From assembly GCA_963664225.1 (NCBI GenBank), contig OY760937.1, forward strand, positions 5,088,001 through 5,152,000: a DNA stretch of 64,000 nt, given 5' to 3'. The notes beneath the pieces are model-generated. The model saw only the letters and a list, made by a program, of their open reading frames with translations. It was not told where the DNA came from and searched no databases. Both the position numbers and the translations under genes were made by a program. Of the stretch, positions 39,808 through 49,778 are shown piece after piece. How positions within the stretch are numbered: position 1 is the stretch's first letter; every line of letters begins with the position of its first letter. Source of the stretch: Verrucomicrobiia bacterium. Its GTDB lineage: Bacteria; Verrucomicrobiota; Verrucomicrobiia; Limisphaerales; UBA1319.

Positions 39808-40854
39808 TTACTGATGGTAGATCCGGTCGAACACTCCATCTTCGCTGAAAAATCGCGACTGCGCTTCCGCCCAGCTCCCCGCGACCTGTTTGATGGTAAA
39901 CATTTTCATCTCGGGATAGCGGCTGCGATATTTGGCCAGAATCCCGGGATTGGCGGGACGATACCCAAGCTTTGCCACTAATTCCTGGCCGGTGTCCGAG
40001 TAGAGATACCGCAGATATTCCTCCGCAGCCGCCCGCACTTTTGGTCCGCGGCGATCCACATTGCGATCCACGACCGAGACGCAAGGTTGCGCGAGAATTG
40101 AAATCGAGGGATAGATCACTTGGAAACGCGTGCGCCCATATTCCTTGAGGGCCAGATCCCCTTCATTTTCCCATGTGATGAAGACGTCGCCAATCTGTTT
40201 CTGCACAAAAGTGGTGGTGGCGCCGCGAGCCCCGCTATCGAGCACTGGTACATTATGAAACAATTGCGACACAAATTCCCGGGCCGCCTGCTCATCATTT
40301 CCCAACCCCAGAGTCACGTAGCCCCATGCGGCCAGAAAATTCCATCGCGCGCCGCCTGAAGTTTTTGGGTTTGGCGTCACCACCTGCGTTCCAGGCTTTA
40401 CCAGATCGGCCCAATCGTGAATGCCCTTGGGATTGCCCTGGCGCACCAGGAAAACAATGGTCGATGTGTAGGGAGAGGCTTCCCATGGCAGGCGGCTTTC
40501 CCAATTTGTGGCCAGGATATGGTGTTTTGCAATGACGTCGATGTCGTAGGCCAGAGCCAGTGTGACCACATCCGCCCGCAAGCCTTCGATCACCGACCGG
40601 GCCTGTTTGCCGGAGCCACCATGGGACTGCACGATTTTTACCGCATCCCCTGTAAGTTCCCGGTAATGGGTGATGAATTGAGCGTTGAACCCCTGAAATA
40701 ATTCCCGTGTCGGATCGTAGGAGACATTCAATAGCGAGATTTGATCTTCCGACGCTTGAACCCAATGGAGACCCATTGCAAGAACGGCAATGGCGGCCCA
40801 TCGGCAGATGCCCGCCCGCCGGCAACCAGACGCAATTCGAGCGTAATGTCTCAT
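39808..40854 (-). CDS. sbp: Sulfate ABC transporter substrate-binding protein
   Basis: LLNVSYDPTRELF, SHGGSGKQAR, PNPKTSGGARW, DSGARGATTTF, WENE. Confidence 0.95.
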   Translation of the reverse strand: MRHYARIASGCRRAGICRWAAIAVLAMGLHWVQASEDQISLLNVSYDPTRELFQGFNAQFITHYRELTGDAVKIVQSHGGSGKQARSVIEGLRADVVTLALAYDIDVIAKHHILATNWESRLPWEASPYTSTIVFLVRQGNPKGIHDWADLVKPGTQVVTPNPKTSGGARWNFLAAWGYVTLGLGNDEQAAREFVSQLFHNVPVLDSGARGATTTFVQKQIGDVFITWENEGDLALKEYGRTRFQVIYPSISILAQPCVSVVDRNVDRRGPKVRAAAEEYLRYLYSDTGQELVAKLGYRPANPGILAKYRSRYPEMKMFTIKQVAGSWAEAQSRFFSEDGVFDRIYHQ

Positions 40855-41021
40855 TTGATTCGAGTTTCAGATATAAACAGGCGACCGCCCAATCCGTTTC
40901 CTGCATCAGAGCGAACGCGCTCTAAGTTAGCAAAAACTGGCGTAAAGTAAAGAAAAACAATGGCTTCGCAAACGCTCTCCCGGGTAAGACTTGCTTTTGG
41001 CTCAACGGGTCTGGAGAACGA

Positions 41022-41960
41022 TCAGGCCTGGCTTGCGGCGAGAACCCGGCGTGCCGCTTCGATATCGCTGGCGATTTGGATTTTCAAGGCGTCCAGCGAG
41101 GGGAATTGTTGCTCGGGGCGCAACATTTGCACCAATACGGTTTCGATCTTCTTCCCATAAAGATCGCCCTGAAAATCGAGCAGGTGAGCCTCCACGCGCA
41201 ACGGTGGTGTTTTCAATTCGAGGGTCGGTCGCACTCCTATATTCAACACGGCCTCGCAAGTCACCCCTTGCGCGTAAACGCGCGCCGCATAAACACCGCG
41301 AGGCGGCAGGATCAGGCCGGTCGCATCCAGGTTCACGGTGGGAAAACCAAGCTTTCGGCCGAGTTGATCGCCTTGGACGACGGGGGCAAAAATGGAGTAA
41401 GGTCGGCCCAGCATGTTTCGGACAGGATCCAGTTGCCCGGCCTCAATCGCCTCGCGGATGCGTGTGCTGCTGACCCGGTGCCCATCGACCATGACGGGCG
41501 GGATTCCATGCACCTTGTAACCAAATTTTCCAGCCAGCCGGTTCAGAAGATCCAGATTGCCCGAGCGTTGATGGCCAAAGCGAAAATTTGTTCCCACGCG
41601 AATCGAATTCAGGCGTCCGAAGCCCCTGACCAATTCTTCAATAAAGACTTCAGCCGATTTCTGGCTGAAGGCCAAATCGAAGTGGAGCAATAACAACGCG
41701 GCGGGTTCAAACTGGCTTAACACCCGGATTTTATGCTCCAAAGAATAGATCATTCCCGGGATTTTTCGCGTGGCCAGCACCGAGGCCGGATGGCGATCAA
41801 AGGTAACGATCACCGGCAGGGCATCCTGAAGGCGCGCATCCTCCAGGGTCTGCCGAATGACTTCCTGGTGGCCGACATGGACACCATCAAAAACGCCAAT
41901 CGCCGCGCAAACCGGGCGAGAGCCAGTGTCCAACAGGGACGCCTGGGCTGCGATGATCAT
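41022..41960 (-). CDS. ribF: Bifunctional riboflavin kinase / FAD synthetase
   Basis: IGVFDGVHVGHQ, VSSTRIR, GRKLGFPT.N, GVRPT, EAHLLDF. Confidence 0.96.
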   Translation of the reverse strand: MIIAAQASLLDTGSRPVCAAIGVFDGVHVGHQEVIRQTLEDARLQDALPVIVTFDRHPASVLATRKIPGMIYSLEHKIRVLSQFEPAALLLLHFDLAFSQKSAEVFIEELVRGFGRLNSIRVGTNFRFGHQRSGNLDLLNRLAGKFGYKVHGIPPVMVDGHRVSSTRIREAIEAGQLDPVRNMLGRPYSIFAPVVQGDQLGRKLGFPTVNLDATGLILPPRGVYAARVYAQGVTCEAVLNIGVRPTLELKTPPLRVEAHLLDFQGDLYGKKIETVLVQMLRPEQQFPSLDALKIQIASDIEAARRVLAASQA

Positions 41961-42682
41961 ACTTTGGACGTGTCCACCAGGTTGAGAAATGGAATCACCC
42001 GTTTTTCCAGTTCCACCGTCGAAAGATTCAGGACCTGGTCCAGCGTGAGCGCGTTGGCCACGTTAAACGCGCCGGAAGAAATGCGGCGCAAGGTGGTCAG
42101 GTGAGCGCAGCAGCCTGCCTTCTCCCCAATTTCGTGGGCGACAGCGCGCACGTAGGTGCCTTTGGTGCAGGCGATTTGAAAGTGCCCCACCGGCTCCTCG
42201 TAAGACTGGAAGCGAAACTTGTAGATGTGAATGAGCCTGGGTTTGCGCTCCACTTCGATTCCCTTACGCGCCAGCTTATACAGGGGTATGCCGTTCTGCT
42301 TTTTGGCGGAGACCATGGGGGGCATTTGCATCTGGTCGCCGACAAAGGTGGCGGCCATTTCATTGACCTGGTCCAAGGTCATGGGCGGGACGGGGAGGGA
42401 CGCAACCAGTTCGCCGTCCGAATCGTAGCTATCGGTGGATTCGCCGAATTTCACATCCCCCTCATAGACTTTGTCGGAAGACATCAGGCGATCGCTCAGA
42501 CGGGTGGCCTTGCCCAGCACCAGGACCAGGAGGCCTGTGGCATTGGGATCCAGGGTGCCGCAATGGCCCACTTTGCTGATTTTAAAGCGGCGTCGGACCG
42601 CATCCACGATGTCATGGGAGGTGGGGCCGCAGGGTTTGTCGATAAGGAGGGCGCCGTCAAGCGCCTCAAATGTTTGAATCAT
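41957..42682 (-). CDS. truB: tRNA pseudouridine(55) synthase
   Basis: DKP.G.TSHD, GHCGTLDP.ATG, PPMVSA.K..G..LYKLAR, KGTYVR. Confidence 0.96.
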   Translation of the reverse strand: MIQTFEALDGALLIDKPCGPTSHDIVDAVRRRFKISKVGHCGTLDPNATGLLVLVLGKATRLSDRLMSSDKVYEGDVKFGESTDSYDSDGELVASLPVPPMTLDQVNEMAATFVGDQMQMPPMVSAKKQNGIPLYKLARKGIEVERKPRLIHIYKFRFQSYEEPVGHFQIACTKGTYVRAVAHEIGEKAGCCAHLTTLRRISSGAFNVANALTLDQVLNLSTVELEKRVIPFLNLVDTSKV

Positions 42683-43665
42683 TACGAAATGGAATCCAGA
42701 GATTTTTTAATGGCATTAACCACGCGGCGTTGGACGGAGAGGGGGGTGCCGCGCACGCGAGCGCCCGCCGCCGCCACATGCCCGCCGCCACCGAATTGAA
42801 GGGCGATCTTATTGACGTCCACATCCGGGCTTTTCGAGCGCAGGCTGATTCGCACCTCATCGGGTTTCACCTCTTCGAACATGCAGGCTACAACCACGGG
42901 TTCGATCGCGCGGATATGATCGATCAAACCCTCGCTATCGATTGTTCGAGCCCCGGTTTTTGTGAAATCCGAGGGTCTCAGCCAGAAATATCCAAGCTGG
43001 TTATGATGGACCAGTCGGAAGTGGTTGAGGACCCGCTGCATCAGCCGCACGCGGGAAAGAGGGTAAGATTGATAGACCTCCTCGCAAATCTTCGTCAGAT
43101 CTGCGCCGCGGCTCACCAACCGGCCCGCCACCACAAAACTGTTCGGACGCGTTGAGGCGTATTGGAAGGATCCAGTATCCGTCGAGATTGCCGTAAACAG
43201 GCAGTCCGCAATGGATGGAGTGATCGGCATGGAGCCAGCCGTCAATAATTGATAAATGATTTCACCCGTGGATGGCTCCTTGCTGGAGATCCAGTTGATA
43301 TCCGCGTAGCGCGTGTTGCTGGCGTGATGATCGATATTGATGAATACCGAGCGTTGCGTGGTGTGCCGCGCGCATTTGCCGAGCCGCTCCAGGCTGGCGC
43401 AATCCACCGCAATGACGCAATCGAATTCCTGCCCCTGGCGGGGGCGATCCATGAGTTTGTCCGTATCCAGGAAGGCGAGCTTTTGCGGAATGGGATCCTC
43501 GTTCCAGCAGGTGACTGTTTTTCCCGCGTTGCGCAGGGCCTGGGTTAATGCGAGTTCGGAGCCGATGCAATCGCCATCCGGGCGGACATGGCCAACGACG
43601 CAGACGCGCTCTGAGTCGCGAATTGCATCCAGAATTCGCGAAACGATTTTCGGACGTGTCTTCAT
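42682..43665 (-). CDS. nrnA: DHH family bifunctional oligoribonuclease / PAP phosphatase
   Basis: H.RPDGD, NIDHH, TDTGSF, GGGGH..AAG; usual position between rbfA and truB. Confidence 0.9.
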   Translation of the reverse strand: MKTRPKIVSRILDAIRDSERVCVVGHVRPDGDCIGSELALTQALRNAGKTVTCWNEDPIPQKLAFLDTDKLMDRPRQGQEFDCVIAVDCASLERLGKCARHTTQRSVFINIDHHASNTRYADINWISSKEPSTGEIIYQLLTAGSMPITPSIADCLFTAISTDTGSFQYASTRPNSFVVAGRLVSRGADLTKICEEVYQSYPLSRVRLMQRVLNHFRLVHHNQLGYFWLRPSDFTKTGARTIDSEGLIDHIRAIEPVVVACMFEEVKPDEVRISLRSKSPDVDVNKIALQFGGGGHVAAAGARVRGTPLSVQRRVVNAIKKSLDSIS

Positions 43666-44018
43666 TCCTCGGGTGAGTTTTTCTCCAGTTCTTCGATCAA
43701 CTGCAACACCCGGTTGCCGCGCTCCATGGCCTGGTCAAATTGAAATCGCAGGGCAGGGGAGTACTTCAGCACCACATTTTGCGCCACCATTGCCTGCAAG
43801 TGTTTGCGCTTTTTGCGCAATGTGGACATGCCCTTCTTACGCTGGGCGTCGCTGCCCAATATGCTCACATACACTATGGCGGAATGCATGTCGCTGCCTA
43901 CGACGACATCGTTGACATTTACCAGACCGGTTTCCTCAATCGACAATTCCTTACGGATCACCTCGCCGACCGCGCGGATCAATAATTCCCGAACTCGCTC
44001 ATGACGACGGTTTTCCAC
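43662..44018 (-). CDS. rbfA: Ribosome-binding factor A
   Basis: RRHERV, D...A.VYVS, KYSP.LRF..D; immediately after infB; GTG start. Confidence 0.93.
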   Translation of the reverse strand: MENRRHERVRELLIRAVGEVIRKELSIEETGLVNVNDVVVGSDMHSAIVYVSILGSDAQRKKGMSTLRKKRKHLQAMVAQNVVLKYSPALRFQFDQAMERGNRVLQLIEELEKNSPEE

Positions 44019-44027
44019 GGCTGTTCC

Positions 44028-46778
44028 TTACAGTTTCTGAGTGATCTTCTCGATCGTGTAGCTCTCGATCGCATCGCCGATCTGGAAATCTCCGAATCCT
44101 TCAATTCGAATACCGCATTCCATGCCCGCGCGCACCTCGTTGACTTCGTCCTGAAACCGGCGGATCGCGCTGATGACGCCCTCGAAAACCACATCTTTTC
44201 GGCGCAGCACCCGGCAACGTCCGCGAACGATGCGGCCATTGGAAATCATGCAACCAGCGACATTTCCACCCTTGGAAAGGGCGAAGAGCTTTTTGACTTC
44301 CGCCGAGCCCAGCACCACTTCCTTGGAGACGGGATCCAGCAGACCGGCCATGGCGTCTTTGACCTGGTCGATCAATTCGTAAATGATGGAGTAGAGTTTA
44401 ATCTGCACTCCTTCGCGCTTGGAGGCCTCGGTGGCCTCGTTATCCACGCGGGTATGGAATCCAAGGACGATCGCCTTGGACGCCGAGGCCAGAATCACGT
44501 CCGATTCTGTAATAATACCCACGGCGCTATGAACGACCTCCAGGGAGACCTTTTCAGAATCGATTTTTTTAAGCGCCTCTAAAATGGCTTCCACTGATCC
44601 CTGCATGTCCGCCTTGACCACGACCTTGAGGGTCTTGGCGCTTTCGGACGAGAGGCTGGCAAACAGATTCTCCAGTGTGACTTTGGGGCGATCCTCGGCA
44701 CCATGAACACGGGCGACTTCAGCCCTTTGTTCAGCCACTTCACGAGCGTCCTTTTCGCTCTCGACCACTGAAAACTCGAGGCCCGCCGCAGGCACGCCGT
44801 TCAAGCCCAGCAATTTTACCGCCACAGAGGGGCCGGCTGACTTCAACCTCTTGCCTTCCTCATTGGTCAGCGCCCGCGCTTTGCCGTAGTAGGGCCCGCA
44901 CAAAATAAGATTGCCTACGTTCAGCGTGCCTTTACGCACCAGAACGGTTGCTGTGGGACCGCCGGGTTCGAGCCCGGATTCAATGACGTTGCCTTTGGCA
45001 GCGCGGTCTGGATTGGCCTTTAACTCCATCATTTCCGCCTGAAGCAGAATCAACTCGAGCAACTTGTCCACACCCAGCTTCGTCAACGCAGAAAGATCCT
45101 GGAAGATGACGTTGCCACCCCACTCTTCGCATACCAGACCCGCCTCTTGCAGTTGTTGGCGCACACGCATCGGATTGGCGTTGGGATGATCGCATTTGTT
45201 TACCGCAACGATGATCGGAACTTTTGCCGCTTTTGCGTGGTTGATGGCCTCCACGGTTTGCGGCATGACTCCGTCGTTGGCCGCGACGACCAGCACCACG
45301 ATATCCGTCACATTGGCGCCGCGCGCGCGCATGGCGCTAAAGGCCGCATGACCTGGGGTATCCAAAAAGGTAATTTGCTGGATATCCTTCGGACGTTCTG
45401 GATGTGGGAATGAAATGGTATAGGCACCAATGTGTTGCGTGATGCCGCCCGCTTCACCGCCGGCTACATCCGATTTGCGAATTCCGTCGAGCAATGTGGT
45501 CTTGCCATGATCCACATGTCCCATGATCGTGACCACAGGGGGGCGTGGTTTGAGGCTTTCCGGTTTATCCTCAGTATCTTCCTCTTTCTTAACAACCGGC
45601 GCATGAACCTGACCGCCTCCGCGCTCCCGCTTTTCCACCTCGAACCGAAATCCGTACTTTGCGCACAACCGTTGAGCCACCGGTTCTTCGATGGTTTGAT
45701 TTACATTTGCAAAAACACCCAGTTCCATCAAATCAGCGATCAGTTGGAACGGTTTGCGTTTAAGCATGTCCGCCAGCGAACGAACAACGATCGGCGGCTT
45801 CATTGTCAACATCTCGCCGGTTGCAGGAGAGACGTATTTCGGTGTGTCCGATCCGCCTGGACGTCCACCCGCCGGCTTGACTTGGGGAGCCCCGTGCCGA
45901 GGCGGAAAAGGCTGTCGCGTGGGAAACCGGTTTTGCCCGGGACGATTAGTCCGAGGGTCCGGACGCGCTCCACGGCCCTGTTCGACGCGCGCGCCAGGAC
46001 GGGCCGGTAATTGGACGGAGCCGACTTTATCGCCGACTTTTGGTCCCGGTTTTGGCGGCAACACAATGAAACCGACTTTGTCTCCCACCTTCGGAATCGA
46101 CGGAGTTGGCGGTGTGGGGGGCTGGACGATGACTTTAATATCAGGCGCTTCGGAGGTTTTAATGACCTGAATAGTCGGTTCCGGCTGGACTGCAACGGGA
46201 CTGGCCGGAGGTTCCGGCGCGGGAGTCGGTGCCGGGCTGGAGATTGGCGCGGGAGCGACGATTGTGTGTGTCTTAACGATAGGCTCCGGAGTTTTGGGTT
46301 CCGCGACCACCGTTTCAATGGACGCTTGCAACTGCGCCTCTATTTTGGGAGCAGGAGCGGGTTCTGCAATAGGGGCAATAAGCTCCGGCGCTGTAGGTTG
46401 AATTTCAGCCACTACAGGTGTCGCCGGATGCATTTCAAGCACGGAAGCAGGATGCACCGTGGAGGGTATTTCCGGGGCGGGTTCATGCGCGGGCGCGGCA
46501 ACGGCTGCTGGAGCCGGAATGCTTGGTGGCACCGGCGCTTGAACTTCTGGCGTGGTGGCGGCGACGGCTACTTGTGGCGGCTGTGTCGGTTCTGCCACGG
46601 GCAAGGGAGCGGGCGCTGGTTTATATCCCAGTTGCTCCTCAAGATACTCGGCGGTGATTTTATCCAGCGAACTGGAGGGAACTCGTGCGGTGGAAATGCC
46701 CAGTTCCTTGGCTTTAACAAGGACTTCCTTGCTTTCGATACCTAGTTTTTTTGCAATGTCGTAAATCCGAACGGGCAT
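44028..46778 (-). CDS. infB: Translation initiation factor IF-2
   Basis: [37 protein letters not shown]; long Pro/Ala-rich linker. Confidence 0.98.
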   Translation of the reverse strand: MPVRIYDIAKKLGIESKEVLVKAKELGISTARVPSSSLDKITAEYLEEQLGYKPAPAPLPVAEPTQPPQVAVAATTPEVQAPVPPSIPAPAAVAAPAHEPAPEIPSTVHPASVLEMHPATPVVAEIQPTAPELIAPIAEPAPAPKIEAQLQASIETVVAEPKTPEPIVKTHTIVAPAPISSPAPTPAPEPPASPVAVQPEPTIQVIKTSEAPDIKVIVQPPTPPTPSIPKVGDKVGFIVLPPKPGPKVGDKVGSVQLPARPGARVEQGRGARPDPRTNRPGQNRFPTRQPFPPRHGAPQVKPAGGRPGGSDTPKYVSPATGEMLTMKPPIVVRSLADMLKRKPFQLIADLMELGVFANVNQTIEEPVAQRLCAKYGFRFEVEKRERGGGQVHAPVVKKEEDTEDKPESLKPRPPVVTIMGHVDHGKTTLLDGIRKSDVAGGEAGGITQHIGAYTISFPHPERPKDIQQITFLDTPGHAAFSAMRARGANVTDIVVLVVAANDGVMPQTVEAINHAKAAKVPIIVAVNKCDHPNANPMRVRQQLQEAGLVCEEWGGNVIFQDLSALTKLGVDKLLELILLQAEMMELKANPDRAAKGNVIESGLEPGGPTATVLVRKGTLNVGNLILCGPYYGKARALTNEEGKRLKSAGPSVAVKLLGLNGVPAAGLEFSVVESEKDAREVAEQRAEVARVHGAEDRPKVTLENLFASLSSESAKTLKVVVKADMQGSVEAILEALKKIDSEKVSLEVVHSAVGIITESDVILASASKAIVLGFHTRVDNEATEASKREGVQIKLYSIIYELIDQVKDAMAGLLDPVSKEVVLGSAEVKKLFALSKGGNVAGCMISNGRIVRGRCRVLRRKDVVFEGVISAIRRFQDEVNEVRAGMECGIRIEGFGDFQIGDAIESYTIEKITQKL

Positions 46779-46860
46779 ATATTCCTTCGCGTCTCGCTCT
46801 TAACCACCTGGAGTTCATGGATGCTGACTTATTGTAGCTGGCACCAGGCGATTTTAAAAA

Positions 46861-48138
46861 TTAAGCGGTTGTGGTTTCTCCATTCCCGGGTTCACGACGC
46901 GCGATTTCCGCGCGCACAGCCCCAATAATGGCACCCGCTTGGTCTCCGATCTGCGTAATGGCAGCCAAATCGCTTTCCTCGGCTTGAGATAAATCGTCCA
47001 GACTGAGAAAACCGGCATGGACGAGTGCGTTGGCTTGTGGTGGCAGGATGCCTGGAATGGCGGCGATATGTCTTACCGCTTCCGCCACCTTCTCATCAAA
47101 ACCCATCTTTGCAGCCACTTCCGGTTCGATGTCCACCTGCCAACCGCAGAGTCTGGACGTCAATCGGGCGTTTTGGCCACGCTTGCCAATGGCCAGGGAA
47201 AGTTGATCCTCCGTGGTCTGAACAATCACGCGCTTGCGGTCGGCATCCACCAAGAAACTCTTCAATTTGGCTGGAGCCAAGGCATTGGTGACATAAATGC
47301 GGATGTCCGGATCCCATTTAATAATGTCGACCTTTTCATTGTTCAATTCGCGAACGATGTTTTTGACCCGCTGCCCACGTAATCCGACGCATGCGCCAAC
47401 CGGGTCCACCTTTTCATCGCGTGAATAGACCGCAATCTTGGTGCGAAAACCCGGCTCGCGGGCAATGCCCTTGATCTCAATGGTGCCATCGTTGATTTCC
47501 GAGACTTCCAATTGAAACAATTTGACTACAAATTGGGGGTCCGCACGGGACAAGATGATTTCAGGACCGTGGGCTGTGTTTTCCACAGCTTTAACATAAC
47601 AACGCAAACGTTCACCGACCTGGTATTCCTCCGTTGGCACGCGTTCGCGACTGGGCAATAAGGCCTCGTAGCGTCCCAGATCGATGCTTACATCCGAACG
47701 CTCGAAGCGCCTCACAATGCCGCTGACAATATCCCCGGCGCGATCTTTGAATTCGTTGTAAATCAGATCTTTTTCGGCCCGGCGGATGTGTTGCATCAAG
47801 GCTTGCTTGGCATATTGAGAGGCGATACGGCCAAAATTGGCCGGCGTGACTTCAATTTCGAGCTCTTGACCCAATTCCGCATCGGGCTTGGAACGCCGGG
47901 CGTCGATCAAACTGACCTGATCGTGTTTGGAAGCCACTTTTTCAACCACTTCCAGGCTCGCAAAGGCCTTGATATCGCCTGATTTGGGATCAATGGTGCA
48001 GCGCAGGTTGCGAGCAGGTCCAACCGCCTTTTTCGCGGCTGAGACCAGTGCTTCCTGTACAGCCCCAAGGAGAACATCCTTTCGGATGCCTTTTTCTCTT
48101 TCCCAGTAGTCCAAGACGGCTATAAATTCTGCGTTCAT
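46861..48138 (-). CDS. nusA: Transcription termination/antitermination factor NusA
   Basis: FGRIA, LSRA, AREPG.RTK, DPVGACVG.RG, SLAIGKRGQNARL. Confidence 0.97.
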   Translation of the reverse strand: MNAEFIAVLDYWEREKGIRKDVLLGAVQEALVSAAKKAVGPARNLRCTIDPKSGDIKAFASLEVVEKVASKHDQVSLIDARRSKPDAELGQELEIEVTPANFGRIASQYAKQALMQHIRRAEKDLIYNEFKDRAGDIVSGIVRRFERSDVSIDLGRYEALLPSRERVPTEEYQVGERLRCYVKAVENTAHGPEIILSRADPQFVVKLFQLEVSEINDGTIEIKGIAREPGFRTKIAVYSRDEKVDPVGACVGLRGQRVKNIVRELNNEKVDIIKWDPDIRIYVTNALAPAKLKSFLVDADRKRVIVQTTEDQLSLAIGKRGQNARLTSRLCGWQVDIEPEVAAKMGFDEKVAEAVRHIAAIPGILPPQANALVHAGFLSLDDLSQAEESDLAAITQIGDQAGAIIGAVRAEIARREPGNGETTTA

Positions 48139-48165
48139 AACTCAATTCCGCATTCCCACTTGGGG

Positions 48166-48199
48166 AATAAAAAAGTCGGTAGATGATTCTCTCCGACTT
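48166..48199 (-). terminator. Terminator-like hairpin in the nusA leader
   Basis: Minus strand AAGTCGG-N13-CCGACTT followed by TTTTATT, about 30 nt before the nusA ATG. Confidence 0.55.
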
Positions 48200-48390
48200 C
48201 GGCGCGCTGGCTGACCAGCCCAAGTTTCCATTGCTAACACAAAAATAGAGGCAGCCAAGAAATGAGTCAAGCTTCAAAAACTCAAAACTCGGTGCCTAAA
48301 TACAGTACCAATGCCGATGAAATCTCGAAAAACCAATCAACGCGCTCTGCAGGACTGCCCGTCCCTTAAAACAGTGCTTGATCGATATTT

Positions 48391-49269
48391 CTAAAAATCC
48401 ACAGCTTCGATTGCCGTTAAAGTTACATGAAGCTGCGCCGTAAGCAACTCCACATCCCGCTGGTCCAAAACCAGCGTCTTCCCGCCTTCGATCGCCAGAA
48501 CCCGGATTCCCACTTTGGCGCAGGTTTCGATGGTTTTCGGTCCGGTGCAGGGGATGTCAAACCGCATGTCGTGGTTTTTTTTGGCCACCTTGATTGCAAC
48601 AGCGCCGCCTTCCTTGCCTGCCAGTTCACCTCCCCGGGCCAGACAGGCATCTGTCCCTTCAAAGCCCTCAACAGCAAGCACAACGCCATTCTTAACCACC
48701 ACAGTCTGGCCGATATCCAGACGGGAGATTTCTTTGGCGATTCGCAGGCCAAATGCCACATCCTCCGTTTGGTCGTTGGTTAATGGCCTGCCGAGTCGGA
48801 ACCCCTCTTTTGGCATCAAGGGTTTGAGCCAGGGAAGGGCCGGAATGAGTGTGACACCACCTTTTTGAAGTTCATCGGCAACAGCTCCAAAGATGGTGTG
48901 CGCATTTTTTTCCTTCAAGCGGAGAAGCAAACTCAAGGCTCGCAGGTCCGGCCGCAAGTCAAACAGGTTTTTCGGGGCGATTTGGCCCGCCATGACGCAT
49001 TGAGTGATTTTGCGATCTCGAAATGCGGCAATGAGCTTTGAAAGTTGGCCGATCTTCAGCCATACAATCTCATCGACGAACCGCGCCAGTTCGGGATTGG
49101 TTTCGCCATCGAAGGCGACAGCCACTAACCGCCGCACTCCCATGCGCCTGGCCTGTTCGCAAAGCAGCATGGGCAGGTTCCTGTTTCCCGCAATCACACC
49201 GAGTGAATCCGGCTGGTCCGGGCCTGTCTGAATGTTATTTGAAGCAGCGCTCGCTCTAGGCTCGTTCAT
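48391..49269 (-). CDS. lpxI: UDP-2,3-diacylglucosamine pyrophosphatase LpxI (DUF1009)
   Basis: GVIAG...LP, DIGQTVVV, AVE.FEGTD, K.AK..HDMRFDIP..G. Confidence 0.9.
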   Translation of the reverse strand: MNEPRASAASNNIQTGPDQPDSLGVIAGNRNLPMLLCEQARRMGVRRLVAVAFDGETNPELARFVDEIVWLKIGQLSKLIAAFRDRKITQCVMAGQIAPKNLFDLRPDLRALSLLLRLKEKNAHTIFGAVADELQKGGVTLIPALPWLKPLMPKEGFRLGRPLTNDQTEDVAFGLRIAKEISRLDIGQTVVVKNGVVLAVEGFEGTDACLARGGELAGKEGGAVAIKVAKKNHDMRFDIPCTGPKTIETCAKVGIRVLAIEGGKTLVLDQRDVELLTAQLHVTLTAIEAVDF

Positions 49270-49455
49270 GTTTGGTATCGTTTGTAATGGATGAATAACC
49301 GACCGGATGATGCGAATTCAATGTTTATTGGTGGGATCGATCTGCGATGGGGGGATTGCGCGACCTGGTTTGCAGTTGCTTCTATTATTCGCATTTTTTG
49401 TTGGACGATTCAAAGCGCATCAACTGAATATTTTGGCAAAAGTGTGCCGGATAAC

Positions 49456-49484
49456 CTGTCACAGTAAAGATTCCAGTGTGACAG
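49456..49484. promoter_or_regulatory. Inverted repeat; candidate enhancer (UAS) upstream of dnaK
   Basis: CTGTCACA-N13-TGTGACAG, with additional TGGCA pentamers at 49434 and 49496. Confidence 0.4.
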
Positions 49485-49581
49485 ACTGACTCAAATGGCA
49501 CAGGTTGGAATTCGCGATTGATGGCTTTAATAAAAACGTAAGTAGTTTAATCGGAATTAATTATATATAAATATACTCCAA

Positions 49582-49597
49582 TGGCATCTTAATTGCT
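49582..49597 (+). promoter_or_regulatory. Sigma54 (-24/-12) promoter upstream of dnaK
   Basis: TGGCATCTTAATTGCT with exact GG-N10-GC spacing, preceded by an AT-rich tract. Confidence 0.6.
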
Positions 49598-49778
49598 GGA
49601 AGGGTGCCAGTTACGGATGAGCGGTTAGGGTATTACTATGGAAGCCGCCACTGGTGCCTGAAGGCCGAATTGGATTGGGATCCCAAAAAAGGATTCCCAT
49701 GACGATGAGGGCTTCGGGCTGAATATGTGGTGGGATGGGTTCAGTTCATCGTTGGATTGAAAAATTTATATAAAGAAT

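Noticed and set aside
49581..49610. CIRCE-like inverted repeat upstream of dnaK
   Set aside because: Arms are degenerate and about 12 nt apart rather than 9; the sigma54 reading fits better.
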